A DNA stretch of 64,000 bases, from the NCBI GenBank assembly GCA_029855935.1, contig JAGSHN010000032.1:40756-104755 (forward strand), read 5' to 3'. The stretch is from Candidatus Thorarchaeota archaeon. GTDB lineage: Archaea; Asgardarchaeota; Thorarchaeia; Thorarchaeales; Thorarchaeaceae. This document shows, piece after piece, positions 20,717 to 31,044 of the stretch. The notes under the pieces were generated by a model that saw nothing but the letters and a program-made list of their open reading frames with translations, searched no databases and was not told where the DNA came from. The position numbers were made by a program, and so were the translations under genes. Each line of letters opens with the position of its first letter. The first letter of the stretch is position 1.

Positions 20717-22813
20717 ATGAACGAGGAGCGACGACCCAATCGGCTGGCTGATGAGACCAGTCCGTACCTACTGCAACACGCGTACAATCCTGTGGACTGG
20801 TATCCTTGGGGAGAGGAGGCCTTTGAACGAGCGCGGCGCGAGGACAAGCCCATCTTCCTGTCGATAGGCTACAGCACGTGTCACTGGTGTCACGTGATGG
20901 CACACGAATCCTTCGAGGACGAGGAGGTGGCACGACTGCTCAACGAGAACTTCGTCTGCATAAAGGTTGATCGCGAGGAGCGTCCGGACGTTGATAGGAC
21001 ATACATTAACATCGCTCAAGCGATGATCGGCCACGCAGGTTGGCCTCTGACGATCTTCATGACCCCTGACAAGGTGCCCTTCTTTGCGGCCACCTACATC
21101 CCCAAGTATCCCTCCCGCGGAAGGCACGGGATGTTGTCTCTCTTGCCTCTCATCTCGGAGATGTGGCGGACGAGACGTGATGAGATTGAGAGGGTAGGGG
21201 AGCAGCTGAAGAGGGCTCTTGCAACGGCTCCCTCTCTAGCGGGACGATTGCCCAGTGTTGAGGTCTTTGACGAGGCGTTTCAGGTCTATCTTGATACCTT
21301 CGACTCCACGTGGGGTGGTTTTGGAACTGCTCCCAAGTTTCCCGCACCTCACAACCTGATGTTCCTGCTCAGACATTGGCGTATCACGGGCGACACTCGT
21401 GCGGTCCAGATGGTCGAGCAGACTCTCACGGCAACGCGGAGGGGCGGTATCTTCGATCAGGTCGGCTTCGGGTTTCACAGGTACTCGACAGACTCCCAGT
21501 GGAGACTCCCCCACTTCGAGAAGATGCTGTACGATCAGGCAATGCACATCATGGCCTACACCGAGGCCTATCAGGTGACGGGCAAGACGGAGTACGCCAA
21601 GACTGTGGCAGAGGTCGTCGAGTACCTGACACGGGACCTGATGAGTCCTGACGGGGCCTTCTACTCAGCAGAGGATGCGGACTCCGAGGGGCGCGAGGGG
21701 GCATTCTACCTGTGGTCGGTTGAGGAACTGTCCGACGTGCTCAGTCCGGAAGAGCTGAAGGTCGTGACCACAGCCTTCTCTCTATCGGAGGACGGAAACT
21801 TCCACGACGAGGCGACTGGACGGCGGACCGGGCTCAACTTGTTGTACTGGAGCCTGCCTCCTGACCGCGTGGCCTGGGAGCTGGATATGGATGCCGGGTC
21901 TGTGCTTGACATCCTCGAGTCGGCGAGAAGGAAGATGCTTGAGCGTCGGGCGACGCGTGAGAGGCCGCTTCGCGACGAGAAGATCCTAACCGATTGGAAT
22001 GGCCTTGTCATTGCTGCTCTCGCCAAGGCTGGCGCCGCAATCAGTCCAGAGTTTCTGCAGATTGCCGAACGTGCTCTTAGAGCAGTCGTGGAGAGCCTGA
22101 TGTCGGATGACGGCGAGCTCTATCACAGTAGTGCCCGCGGCTCGCTTGGCCAGGTCGCCTTCTTAGATGACTACGCGTTCCTGGTTTGGGGGCTACTGGA
22201 GCTCTACGAGGCGACATCGGACCCGGGACATCTGCGTCTGGCGCGTGACCTTCACAACAAGATGCTGGAACTTTTCGAGGACCGGGAGAACGGAGGGCTG
22301 TTCTTCTCAGGCGACAGGGCCGAGCAGCTTCTAGTCCGAGACAAGAGCGCCTATGATGGTGCAATCCCCTCGGGCAACTCTGTCGCTGCCCTGAACAGCG
22401 TCCGGCTGTCAAGACTGACCGGGGACCCTGCGCTGGAGGACGGGTGCCGCAGAATAGTGCAGGCATTCTCCGCAAGCATTGAGAGGAGTCCCACCGCTCA
22501 CTCGATGATGCTGTGCGCGCTGACCTATCTGAGAGGGCCATCTCACGAGCTGGTGATTGTTGGCGATGACTCAGATATCGATGAGATGCTGCGGAGTGTG
22601 CGGTCGTGGTTTCTTCCTCACACGGCGCTTGTAGTCAAGACTCCGCGGAACGTGTCGGCTGGGCTTGAAGAGCTTGCACCGTACACCTCAGAGTATCCGG
22701 TGCCCTCGGACGGCCATCCCGTGGCCTATGTCTGTTCAGGGCAGACCTGCAGTCCGCCAGTCACTGATGTGGACGAGCTCCGTTCGCTGCTGGACGTGCG
22801 TTCTCTCGTCTGA
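20717..22813 (+). CDS. Thioredoxin-domain YyaL/SPATA20-like protein
   Basis: [23 protein letters not shown] and [11 protein letters not shown] motifs. Confidence 0.93.
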   Translation: MNEERRPNRLADETSPYLLQHAYNPVDWYPWGEEAFERARREDKPIFLSIGYSTCHWCHVMAHESFEDEEVARLLNENFVCIKVDREERPDVDRTYINIAQAMIGHAGWPLTIFMTPDKVPFFAATYIPKYPSRGRHGMLSLLPLISEMWRTRRDEIERVGEQLKRALATAPSLAGRLPSVEVFDEAFQVYLDTFDSTWGGFGTAPKFPAPHNLMFLLRHWRITGDTRAVQMVEQTLTATRRGGIFDQVGFGFHRYSTDSQWRLPHFEKMLYDQAMHIMAYTEAYQVTGKTEYAKTVAEVVEYLTRDLMSPDGAFYSAEDADSEGREGAFYLWSVEELSDVLSPEELKVVTTAFSLSEDGNFHDEATGRRTGLNLLYWSLPPDRVAWELDMDAGSVLDILESARRKMLERRATRERPLRDEKILTDWNGLVIAALAKAGAAISPEFLQIAERALRAVVESLMSDDGELYHSSARGSLGQVAFLDDYAFLVWGLLELYEATSDPGHLRLARDLHNKMLELFEDRENGGLFFSGDRAEQLLVRDKSAYDGAIPSGNSVAALNSVRLSRLTGDPALEDGCRRIVQAFSASIERSPTAHSMMLCALTYLRGPSHELVIVGDDSDIDEMLRSVRSWFLPHTALVVKTPRNVSAGLEELAPYTSEYPVPSDGHPVAYVCSGQTCSPPVTDVDELRSLLDVRSLV

Positions 22814-22892
22814 CCTCCCGCGAACCGTCGACAGACAATCTTTATACCCACCCTTGTATGGTTGATATTAGGCACCTGTCTGAGGGAAAGAG

Positions 22893-24464
22893 ATGCCGGA
22901 CGATAGGCTTACTGACCAGGAGAAGACCGAGGTTCTTGAGTCACTTGACAAGGCCCAGCTGAGTGATGACGAGGTACGACAACTGGTGGAGGCGCACGCT
23001 CTCGAGGGAGTGGAGCCCATAGACTCAGAGGAGGACCTAATCTCTGCTGCAGCCGAGGCTCTTGAGTTCGTGGAGTCGCTCGACACAACAGAGACTCCGG
23101 CAGAGGCTGCGGCAGCCGAGGATGCAATGGCGGGCTTTGATGGCCTGCTTCGCCGGCTTGAGAACCTGAGGACAGAGATCGCCTCTCTTCAGCGTGGCGT
23201 GGTCGGTGTCTTCGCTGCACAGCTCCTGACATTCCGTGGAAAGGTCGTCGAGCTCAAGTCGCGAATCTCCGAGGAGATGGTCGACAAGCTGAAGATGCAG
23301 TTCTTCAAGAGCTTCATCGAGTCGACGTTTGTGGAGATTGTGGACAAGGAGTTCTCTGCGCTTGAGAAGGACCTTGTTGACAAGATAGTCGACCAGACAC
23401 AGTCAAAGTTCAAGGAGTTTGCTGAGCGCGTGCGTCAGTCGGAGGTTGCTCTTCGACAGGCCATCGTTGAGCAACAGGACATCGTCCGGTCGTTTATGGA
23501 CTCGCTCGAACAGGAGCTTGCTGCGGCTCGTGAGGAGGTCCGCGAACGCGAGCAGAAGATAAAGAGTCTGCAAGCAGAGATTGACAAGCTGCACGCGCAG
23601 ATCGATGCCGGGATGGGAGCCAGTGTCAGGGTCGAGGAGCTCGAGCGCAAGGTGAGTGATCTCGAAGAGGAGGTCGCACGTCTGAAGCGCGAGCTCGAGC
23701 GCAAGGACGAACTTGTGAGGGCACGGGAACAGGAGCTTGAGGCCTCAAGAAGCGAGGTGGAGGAACTGCGTGCGCAGCTTGCGGAGGCTCTCAGTCAGAT
23801 TGAGGTGTACAAGGCCGAGGCTGCAGCGGCCAAGGCTCCCGTCGCACACACGGATGCGGAGTATGAGGCTCTTCAGGAGAAGGTGCGAGTGCTTGAGGAG
23901 GCGGCAGAGCAGCGTCGTGCTGAGGCCGAACAGTATGCCGCCCGAGTGAGAGAGCTTGAGAGAGAGCTGGAGGCAGTCAAGAAGGAGAAGGCGGCTGTCG
24001 AGGAGATTGCCCAGAAGCGTCTTGAGGAGATCGAGTCGGTGCAGGAACGCATCAAGGGTGTGAGTGAGCTTGAACAGCGGGTCTACGAACTGGAGGACAA
24101 GCTGAAGGAGACCGAGGAGAAGCTGACCATTGCAGAGATGCAGCGCGAGGCCTATGAGAAGGCCACACGTCTGATGGAGAAGGAGCGCGATATGGCCCTT
24201 GAGATGCGCGACCTGGCGAATGAGAGAACCAAACGCTACATCAAAGTCCTTGGTATGGAGGCCAACACCAAGGTCCTGCTGCTCGTCGACGAGGTCGGTC
24301 AGATGAGCTTTGCAGACCTCGGCAAGGCGCTGGGCATCCCTGCTGGACTCGCGGCGAAGCACGCCCGTGAGCTTGCCAAGCTGGGAGTCCTCAAGGTTGA
24401 GGGCGACAAGGCGGTATCCACGCTACCCCGTGTCGAGATTGAAGAGGGCGAGGTGAAGGTATAG
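22893..24464 (+). CDS. Long coiled-coil protein with C-terminal winged-helix domain
   Basis: About 300 aa of E/K/R/L heptads; C-terminal MSFADLGKALGIP...ELAKLGVLKV. Confidence 0.75.
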   Translation: MPDDRLTDQEKTEVLESLDKAQLSDDEVRQLVEAHALEGVEPIDSEEDLISAAAEALEFVESLDTTETPAEAAAAEDAMAGFDGLLRRLENLRTEIASLQRGVVGVFAAQLLTFRGKVVELKSRISEEMVDKLKMQFFKSFIESTFVEIVDKEFSALEKDLVDKIVDQTQSKFKEFAERVRQSEVALRQAIVEQQDIVRSFMDSLEQELAAAREEVREREQKIKSLQAEIDKLHAQIDAGMGASVRVEELERKVSDLEEEVARLKRELERKDELVRAREQELEASRSEVEELRAQLAEALSQIEVYKAEAAAAKAPVAHTDAEYEALQEKVRVLEEAAEQRRAEAEQYAARVRELERELEAVKKEKAAVEEIAQKRLEEIESVQERIKGVSELEQRVYELEDKLKETEEKLTIAEMQREAYEKATRLMEKERDMALEMRDLANERTKRYIKVLGMEANTKVLLLVDEVGQMSFADLGKALGIPAGLAAKHARELAKLGVLKVEGDKAVSTLPRVEIEEGEVKV

Positions 24465-24482
24465 TCTGCGCCAATCGCTGCC

Positions 24483-24830
24483 TCAGAATGCTATCGCGCG
24501 ATCACCAGCCTCGAACGAGTCGACAATCTCGCTCCAATAACCGGCAATCTTCTGAAGTGATCGAGAGAGGTCCTTCGTGAGCCTGTATTTGCCCATCCGC
24601 TTCTCGACGATGCCGACGTCACGCAGCTTTCGCATCACCTTTACGTACAGTCCCCTGCTCGATAGGACGAATCTCTCCCACTCAGAGTCGGGGACGACGC
24701 CGCCATTCTGGATGATCTCGTTCAGTATCTTCGAGGCCTGTTCGACCTGCATCTCAGTGAAAAAGATGTGACGCAGCAGATGTCGTGGAGTCACCAGCGT
24801 TGGCCTGCGTGTTATGCTGATCTTCGGCAT
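24483..24830 (-). CDS. Small winged-helix-like protein
   Basis: YVKVMRKLRDVGIVEKRMGKYRLT recognition helix and wing pattern. Confidence 0.65.
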   Translation of the reverse strand: MPKISITRRPTLVTPRHLLRHIFFTEMQVEQASKILNEIIQNGGVVPDSEWERFVLSSRGLYVKVMRKLRDVGIVEKRMGKYRLTKDLSRSLQKIAGYWSEIVDSFEAGDRAIAF

Positions 24831-24942
24831 ATTCCATACCCGAATATGGGGACCGAACATTGCCAATATGAGAGTGGGTATTACCGGGCAGCTCAAGTTA
24901 TAATGCGGCGTGCCAGTCGCTGTGTCATCGAGAGCGATTGCT

Positions 24943-26058
24943 ATGCGTCTGGAAGAGTTCAGTCTTGAGCGCATTCAGTCTGTCTGGGAGCACATCGTGG
25001 AGATCAATCTTGCCGAGAGTGGGATTGAGCCACTCCGCCTCGGAAACCTGATGGATACGTGTGAGCTCCGGGACGTCAGACTAGGCTATCCTCAGACCAA
25101 CGGCGGGTTGGAGCTGCGACGGAACATCACCAGTCTGTTTACTGGTGCGACAGAGGAACATGTCTTGGTGACGAATGGCGGTTCTGAGGCCAACAACGTG
25201 GCTCTCTGGTGGTTGCGTCACGAGAATCCCGACCGTGACCACATTCTTGTGGAGCTTCCGAACTACATGCAGATCTGGGGTCTCGCCGGCTCGTCAGGAC
25301 TGAGGAGAGATGCCTTCTGGCTCAGAGAAGACGGCGGGCAATGGCGGTTGGACATCGAGGATCTGAAGGAGAAGGTCACAAAGAAGACACTGGCAGTGAC
25401 TCTCTGTACGCCGAACAATCCCACTGGCTCAGTGCTCAGTGCGGAGGAGATTCGCGCGGTCGTGGAGATTGCCGAGGACCACGGCGCGGTAGTGCTGTCG
25501 GATGAGGTGTACCGCGGTGCAGAGCTGAGAGGCGGTATGTCGCCATCTGTATGGGAACATGGTGAGAACGTACTCATCACCGGCGGCCTCTCGAAGGCCT
25601 ATGCTGTTCCGGGCCTGAGAGTCGGCTGGATTGTGGCAAGGAACGAAGAGTGGGCGAGACAGCTCTGGGCATACACGGACTACACGAGCATCAGTCCGTC
25701 CCTGCTGGGTGATCTGCTTGGCACACTTGTCCTCGACCCGGTGCATCGCGACCGCATCCTGGAGCGGAACAGGAGAATCCTGCGTGAGAACTGGGCGGTC
25801 GTTGAGGACTGGCTGGAGTCAAATGATGACATACTGCACTGCATTCCTCCCCGTGCCTCGGCCGTATGCATTGTGAGATACGACCTTGACATAGGCTCGG
25901 AGTCGCTCGCCCAGAGGCTGATTCGCGAGCGGAACGTACTGATCGCTCCGGGTGATCACTTCCTTCTTCCTCATCGCATCCGCATAGGATACGGTCACAA
26001 CAGAGAGCAGCTCGAGGAGGGCCTGCGCAGGGTGACGGAGACGCTGCGGGAGCTGTAG
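24943..26058 (+). CDS. PLP-dependent aminotransferase class I/II
   Basis: PNNPTG, DEVY and GLSKAYAVPGLRVGW motifs. Confidence 0.92.
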   Translation: MRLEEFSLERIQSVWEHIVEINLAESGIEPLRLGNLMDTCELRDVRLGYPQTNGGLELRRNITSLFTGATEEHVLVTNGGSEANNVALWWLRHENPDRDHILVELPNYMQIWGLAGSSGLRRDAFWLREDGGQWRLDIEDLKEKVTKKTLAVTLCTPNNPTGSVLSAEEIRAVVEIAEDHGAVVLSDEVYRGAELRGGMSPSVWEHGENVLITGGLSKAYAVPGLRVGWIVARNEEWARQLWAYTDYTSISPSLLGDLLGTLVLDPVHRDRILERNRRILRENWAVVEDWLESNDDILHCIPPRASAVCIVRYDLDIGSESLAQRLIRERNVLIAPGDHFLLPHRIRIGYGHNREQLEEGLRRVTETLREL

Positions 26059-26088
26059 GGTCTGCAGAGGGGATGTACTCCTTCAGGT

Positions 26089-26616
26089 CTATGCATCGGC
26101 TCCTGTTCCGTCATCGTCTGGGTCGCTGTCATCATCATCCTCTATGGCGAACTCGTCGAGTGGTGAATAGAGGTGTCCATAGAATGTCGGCGGTGATCTC
26201 TCCTCCTCGTCGAGTTCAAGGCCCTCTGTATCGGCTATCTCGCGTCTGAGCGTGTACGACAGGGCGCCGTTCCATTCAAGATACTTGTTCAGGTCCCTAG
26301 AGATTCGTCCCTGAAACGCCCCGCACGGTCCTCCGCAGAAGACCATCTCACCACGGACCTGGAGATTGCCACCGCACCATCGGCATACCGCGGGATGGCC
26401 GTGCGCGTAGATCACACCATTGACAAGACGACCGAGAAAGACGGTCCCGTCGAACTCGCACACTATCCGACTCTGGTCATCTGTGAGTGGTGTCCAGATG
26501 CCACTGTTATCTGATGCGGTGCCCATCGACGGGCAGATAGAATGGGCTGTCGGTCCGTCATCATCATTGCCAAAGTCCGTGAGACGCGACTGCACCGATC
26601 TGCGGTCCCTATGCAT
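26089..26616 (-). CDS. Hypothetical protein with zinc-ribbon-like motif and acidic tail
   Basis: CRWCG...CGGPC; fills the gap between genes. Confidence 0.55.
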   Translation of the reverse strand: MHRDRRSVQSRLTDFGNDDDGPTAHSICPSMGTASDNSGIWTPLTDDQSRIVCEFDGTVFLGRLVNGVIYAHGHPAVCRWCGGNLQVRGEMVFCGGPCGAFQGRISRDLNKYLEWNGALSYTLRREIADTEGLELDEEERSPPTFYGHLYSPLDEFAIEDDDDSDPDDDGTGADA

Positions 26617-26726
26617 ACCATCAGGTCTCGACTGGGACTGATAAACACCACATCAGTCAGCCCCATAAGACAACACCACACACAACTTTATCTTGAAAGT
26701 CCCCGATACCCCACTGAGTGATTGAG

Positions 26727-26903
26727 ATGAGCGAGAAGATAAAGAAGTTCGTAAGTGTCCTTGCCGGGAAGCTTGACATCACCTGTGACGAGTGCGGTGG
26801 CACGATGCGACCAGGCGGTCACTACGAGCTTGAGTATCAGGGCAAGAAGTACCAGTTCTGCTCAGAGAAGTGCATGGAGGCCTACGAGGCCAAACTGTCA
26901 TAG
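26727..26903 (+). CDS. Small YHS/TRASH-like metal-binding protein
   Basis: CDECG...YQGKKYQFCSEKC. Confidence 0.75.
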   Translation: MSEKIKKFVSVLAGKLDITCDECGGTMRPGGHYELEYQGKKYQFCSEKCMEAYEAKLS

Positions 26904-26927
26904 ACTCTGAACTTGTCACCAACATAC

Positions 26928-26970
26928 GGGAGGGGGACCACTGGCACCCCCTCCCAAAACGTATTTTTTC
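26928..26970 (+). terminator. GC hairpin followed by a T-run
   Basis: GGGAGGGG...CCCCTCCC stem at 26928-26955, then TTTTTT. Confidence 0.5.
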
Positions 26971-27243
26971 CCCGAAATCGCTGCCGAACGAGCCACGCGA
27001 GATGTGCTCTGTGAGTGCTGATTTTCCAAACGAAATGCCAACCAGGTTGGCACGTCCACAGAGCAGGCCTCACGTGCTACCGTTGCCTCTGGTTACGGAG
27101 GTATCTCTCTCAGTGGAACTTTCGTCTTCCTCACCAATACCCGACCTGCTCGCGTCCGACAAAAAGGTATTTTAGAAAACAGATAGCCGACACTCAAGCA
27201 AGTGTCTTGAAGGGGAGTAGGAACTCTGACGACACCCATTGAG

Positions 27244-27940
27244 ATGACGGTCGAAGAGCTTCGTCGGAAACTGCTCTACATCAAAGAGCTTGGCTGGATA
27301 CGGACTTCACGTCGGGGCGATACCGGGGTCGGCCATACTCTGGAAGGTCTGTTGGGCTACAGCGAGAATAACCTCTCTATCCCCGACTGGGGTCTGCTCG
27401 AAGTGAAGACGACCCGAAAGGCATCCGACACTCCGATAACGCTTCTCAGCAAGAGCCCCAAGTTGGTGCCGGGTCTTACAAGAAGGGACCTCCTTGAACA
27501 TCACGGCTACTTGGACAAGGGATCGCGTCAAGCACTGTATGTCGAAATCGATGCCGTGCAGCCCAACTCCAAGGGCTGGTTCACGGTTGTGGACCGGGAG
27601 AAAGGCAGAATCGATTTTCTCCACAATGATGAAGGTTGTTGCTTATCAGGATACAGAGGAGCTGGGAGCCGCGCTTGAGCACAAGGTATCGAACATGGTC
27701 CTGATAGTGGCTGAGCGAACGAGAGAAGGCCGCGATGAATTCTTTCTCTACTCCGAGGCGTTTCTGCTGGGGCAAGCGGATCTGCACCGACTACTTGAGC
27801 TCATCGAGAATGGTGCAATAATATTCCACTGGAGGATGCATCTCCGGCCAAACGGAACCGTCAGGGACCACGGTGCTGCGTATCGCATCAAGCAGTCGAG
27901 GCTTCCAGAGCTCTACTCGCGCGTAGAACGGTTGGTCTAG
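27244..27940 (+). pseudogene. MvaI/BcnI-family type II restriction endonuclease, frameshifted near 27634
   Basis: GVGHTLEGLLG..ENN...PD...LEVK in frame 1; C-terminal RDHGAAYRI..L..LY continues in the +1 frame. Confidence 0.82.
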
Positions 27941-29210
27941 ACCTTTCTCAGTATGACGATGCTCTCGGTGTGCATAGTGTCGGCCTTCAGTCCCTCGATG
28001 TTCTCAGGGGCATTCTGCCAAGGCATGCGCTTGGTCGGAATCCTTCTCGGGATTGTCAGATGCTGGGCAAGTCCTCTTGCGTCTGCAATCTCTGCAACTA
28101 TTCGGTCAGTGGGGATACGTACCCTCGCAACCATTCTGTTCCCGATGACGATACTGGCGTATCTCCCTGTCTTCAGTCTGTCGCGAATAGCGACCAGAGA
28201 TTCGGTGAGGTCCCTGAAGAAGCTGTACACATGTTGGGCACGGGTTGGGTTCCTTTCGCGAATTGCCTCGAGTGTTTCAGCAAGGGTCACACTCCCAAGA
28301 TGGGACATCTCAGACCTGTGATTGGAGCCACCAAGTCCCCTCTTGTCGACGGTTCGGACAGCGTCCTCATCAAGCCCTATCCATAGTGCTGGGAACCTGG
28401 AGTACTGACCGTACGCGACAGTGGTCCCGCTATCACCATACGGCGGCGACGTGACAACAAGATCGATACTCTCATCATCAACCGGTGCGCTGCGATTGTC
28501 AGCCTCGATCACAGCTGGCCGGTAGTACTGGTGGCCTTCGAGATATTTTACGAACTGGTCTATGAGTGAGATACATCGGTCAGCGTGCCTAACGAATGTT
28601 GCTCGAACATCGGGTCTGAACTTGGTCAGTCTCTCAGCGGACATTCGTACGATCTTGAACTCTCCCTTCTTGGCGTTGGAGACCTCTCGGACCGTCAGTG
28701 CAAGACAGAGAAGGAAGAACTCACGAACCTCTGGCGTGTTGGCCACGGCATCAATTGCGTGGCGGAGTCTGGCGAGATCTCTCTGCACGTAGGACTTGAA
28801 CCAGTACTCTATGTTTGGGATCTTGGGCACGCTAGGGCTCACATTGTCCGCAACGCTCTCTACGTGCATCATCACCTTCCGTGATGTGTCGCGTAGCACC
28901 GAGGCATCAATCGGTGTAGTCTTCACCCGGGAGAGAAATATCGCGAAGGGATTGAGGTCTGTACCTATGGACCTGCGCCCCAGCAGCATCGACTCCACAA
29001 GGGTAGTCCCTGAACCACAGAACGGGTCCCACACGAGGTCACCCTCTTGCGAGTATCTGATGATAAGCCGGCGCGCAATCTGCGGTATCATTCTCGCGGG
29101 ATACTGGTGGAAGCCATGTGTAGGTAGTTGGTGTCAGCTCCGTCGAAGGTCCAGTCATCCTGGCTCGTTGCTTCTCCCCGTCCAAACTCTGGGAGTCGAG
29201 TCCGTTCCAT
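27937..29210 (-). pseudogene. N4-cytosine DNA methyltransferase (M.MvaI-like, alpha class), frameshifted near 29122
   Basis: DPFCGSGTT followed by TSPPY; N-terminal DWTFDGADTNY is out of frame with THGFHQYPARMIPQ. Confidence 0.82.
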
Positions 29211-29393
29211 CACAACCAATCAACTCTATCAGACTACCAGCATATCAAGATGTTGTACGGTGGAACCGAGATAGGGCCCACTGGAAACGAAACAACTTGG
29301 GCTCTCCCGCGCTCCAGGGGTTGCCATCCTGTGGACCATAGATTCTTCTGGCGCGCCACTGTGACCAGTCCAAAGACTGGTCGCGAAATCCAA

Positions 29394-29759
29394 TCACTCG
29401 CCAAACTCCACGCTATCGCGAATTGTCGAGTACCGCGATAGGTCGTCCGAGTCGTCGCTGGCAGCCGCAGCCTGCTGCTGAGACACGTATCTGTCGCCCG
29501 TCCAGAAGGCTATCTCCGCTATACCGTCGTACTCTGAGAGAGGCCTATCACTGATGTCATTGCCTCTGTCGTCGACGACAATCCACTCCGAGTCCTCGCT
29601 GAGGCCGCGGAATGCCCAGCCTCTCCTCAACGCCTCACGAAAAGTGGTATCAGCTCGCCCCGAGACTATGATCTCCTGGCCTGTTTCGGGTTCCCGTATG
29701 ACCCTCTTGAGAATGGAGGGGTCGTCATCCATAAATTTCCCCCTGTGAAAATTGGGCAT
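29394..29759 (-). CDS. Hypothetical protein, possible ubiquitin-like beta-grasp domain
   Basis: TGQEIIVSGRADTTFREAL...DRPLSEY pattern. Confidence 0.55.
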   Translation of the reverse strand: MPNFHRGKFMDDDPSILKRVIREPETGQEIIVSGRADTTFREALRRGWAFRGLSEDSEWIVVDDRGNDISDRPLSEYDGIAEIAFWTGDRYVSQQQAAAASDDSDDLSRYSTIRDSVEFGE

Positions 29760-30026
29760 GTCATCTCGCCTAGTGCGCCTCGACCTGATGAGGCGCGTGA
29801 CAGAACGCAGCTTCTTCCTTATCTGCCACCACGGGCGGTAGCCGCCTCGGATACGCATCTCGTCATCCCTGTCCAGTGAACAGATTGCATCAAGATATCA
29901 GTGTTTTCTCCTACCGCATCTCGGCATCGCCGCGTCTGTGGCAGAGCTCACTCTCTGCGTGCTCGTCTACACTCGGTTTCCCACGAGGAATGGGCCTTGG
30001 AACTATGCCTTGTCGTGAGCGTACCC

Positions 30027-31019
30027 TCATATGGACAGTGGGCGTACAAGTTCCAGCAGATTTAGGTCTACCTCCTTAGTCTTCGTGTAGGTGTCCACAA
30101 GAGGCGTTTCAGTGAGCCCACCATTGACCTCGCCGACCATTATCCCGGTCTTGCCGTCGAGGATGCACTTCACCGCGTGAGCGCCGAGCTTTGTGGCAAG
30201 GATTCTGTCGTATCGTGTCGGGTTGCCTCCGCGCTGGATGTATCCCAGCACCGAGACCCTGCAGTTCTCACCAACAAGTTCTGACATCCTCCTGCCAATC
30301 TCAACGGCGTTCCCAGCCTCATCGCCCTCTGCCACAATCAGGAAGACGAAGCCCTTTCCTCTCCGTCGACCCTTGATGATTGTCTCGGCGATACGCTCAA
30401 TGTCGGTCGGTGTCTCGGGAATGAGGATGTCCTCTGCCCCGCAGGCAATCCCGACGTGCAGTGCGATGGCTCCCGAGTAGTGACCCATGACCTCGATTAG
30501 AAATATCCGGTCGAAGGACTGAGCCGTGTCGCGGATCTTGTCAACCGCGTCAATGGCGTTGTTCACCGCCGTGTCAAAGCCTATGCTGAAATCGGTCCCG
30601 TACACGTCATTGTCGATTGTACCGGGGATGCCAATTATCTGGCCCGACCAGAAGCGGCTGAGCTTGTCCAGCGCCTGCATAGTGCCATTCCCGCCAATGG
30701 CGACGAGGGCATCAATCCCCTCATCTGTCAGAATCTGTGCAGCCCTGCGCTGGCCCTCCTCTCTCCTGAACTCCTCTGAGCGACCTGTCGTGAGAATCGT
30801 TCCACCACGGTGGATGATGTTCGCGACGGACCGTGCATTGAGCTTCTCAAGTCGCCTGTCGAGGATTCCCTGAAGGCCACCGTAGATTGCGTAGACCTCC
30901 AACCCGTTAAAGATGCCCACCCTGACGATTGCCCTTATACAGGCATTCATCCCGGGACTGTCGCCGCCGCTTGTCAAGACTCCTACTCGCATACCCGATG
31001 ATAGCGACTGGTCGCTCAT
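30027..31019 (-). CDS. pfkA: ATP-dependent 6-phosphofructokinase (PfkA family)
   Basis: TSGGDSPGMN, GGTIL, PGTIDND, EVMG and LGYIQRGG motifs. Confidence 0.93.
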   Translation of the reverse strand: MSDQSLSSGMRVGVLTSGGDSPGMNACIRAIVRVGIFNGLEVYAIYGGLQGILDRRLEKLNARSVANIIHRGGTILTTGRSEEFRREEGQRRAAQILTDEGIDALVAIGGNGTMQALDKLSRFWSGQIIGIPGTIDNDVYGTDFSIGFDTAVNNAIDAVDKIRDTAQSFDRIFLIEVMGHYSGAIALHVGIACGAEDILIPETPTDIERIAETIIKGRRRGKGFVFLIVAEGDEAGNAVEIGRRMSELVGENCRVSVLGYIQRGGNPTRYDRILATKLGAHAVKCILDGKTGIMVGEVNGGLTETPLVDTYTKTKEVDLNLLELVRPLSI

Positions 31020-31044
31020 AAATCAATGTGAGGGGACGTACTCC

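Noticed and set aside
22893-24464. SMC/Rad50 ATPase
   Set aside because: No Walker A/B or ABC signature motifs.
27610-27640. Programmed ribosomal frameshift in the endonuclease
   Set aside because: No convincing slippery heptamer or stimulatory structure; a simple indel fits better.
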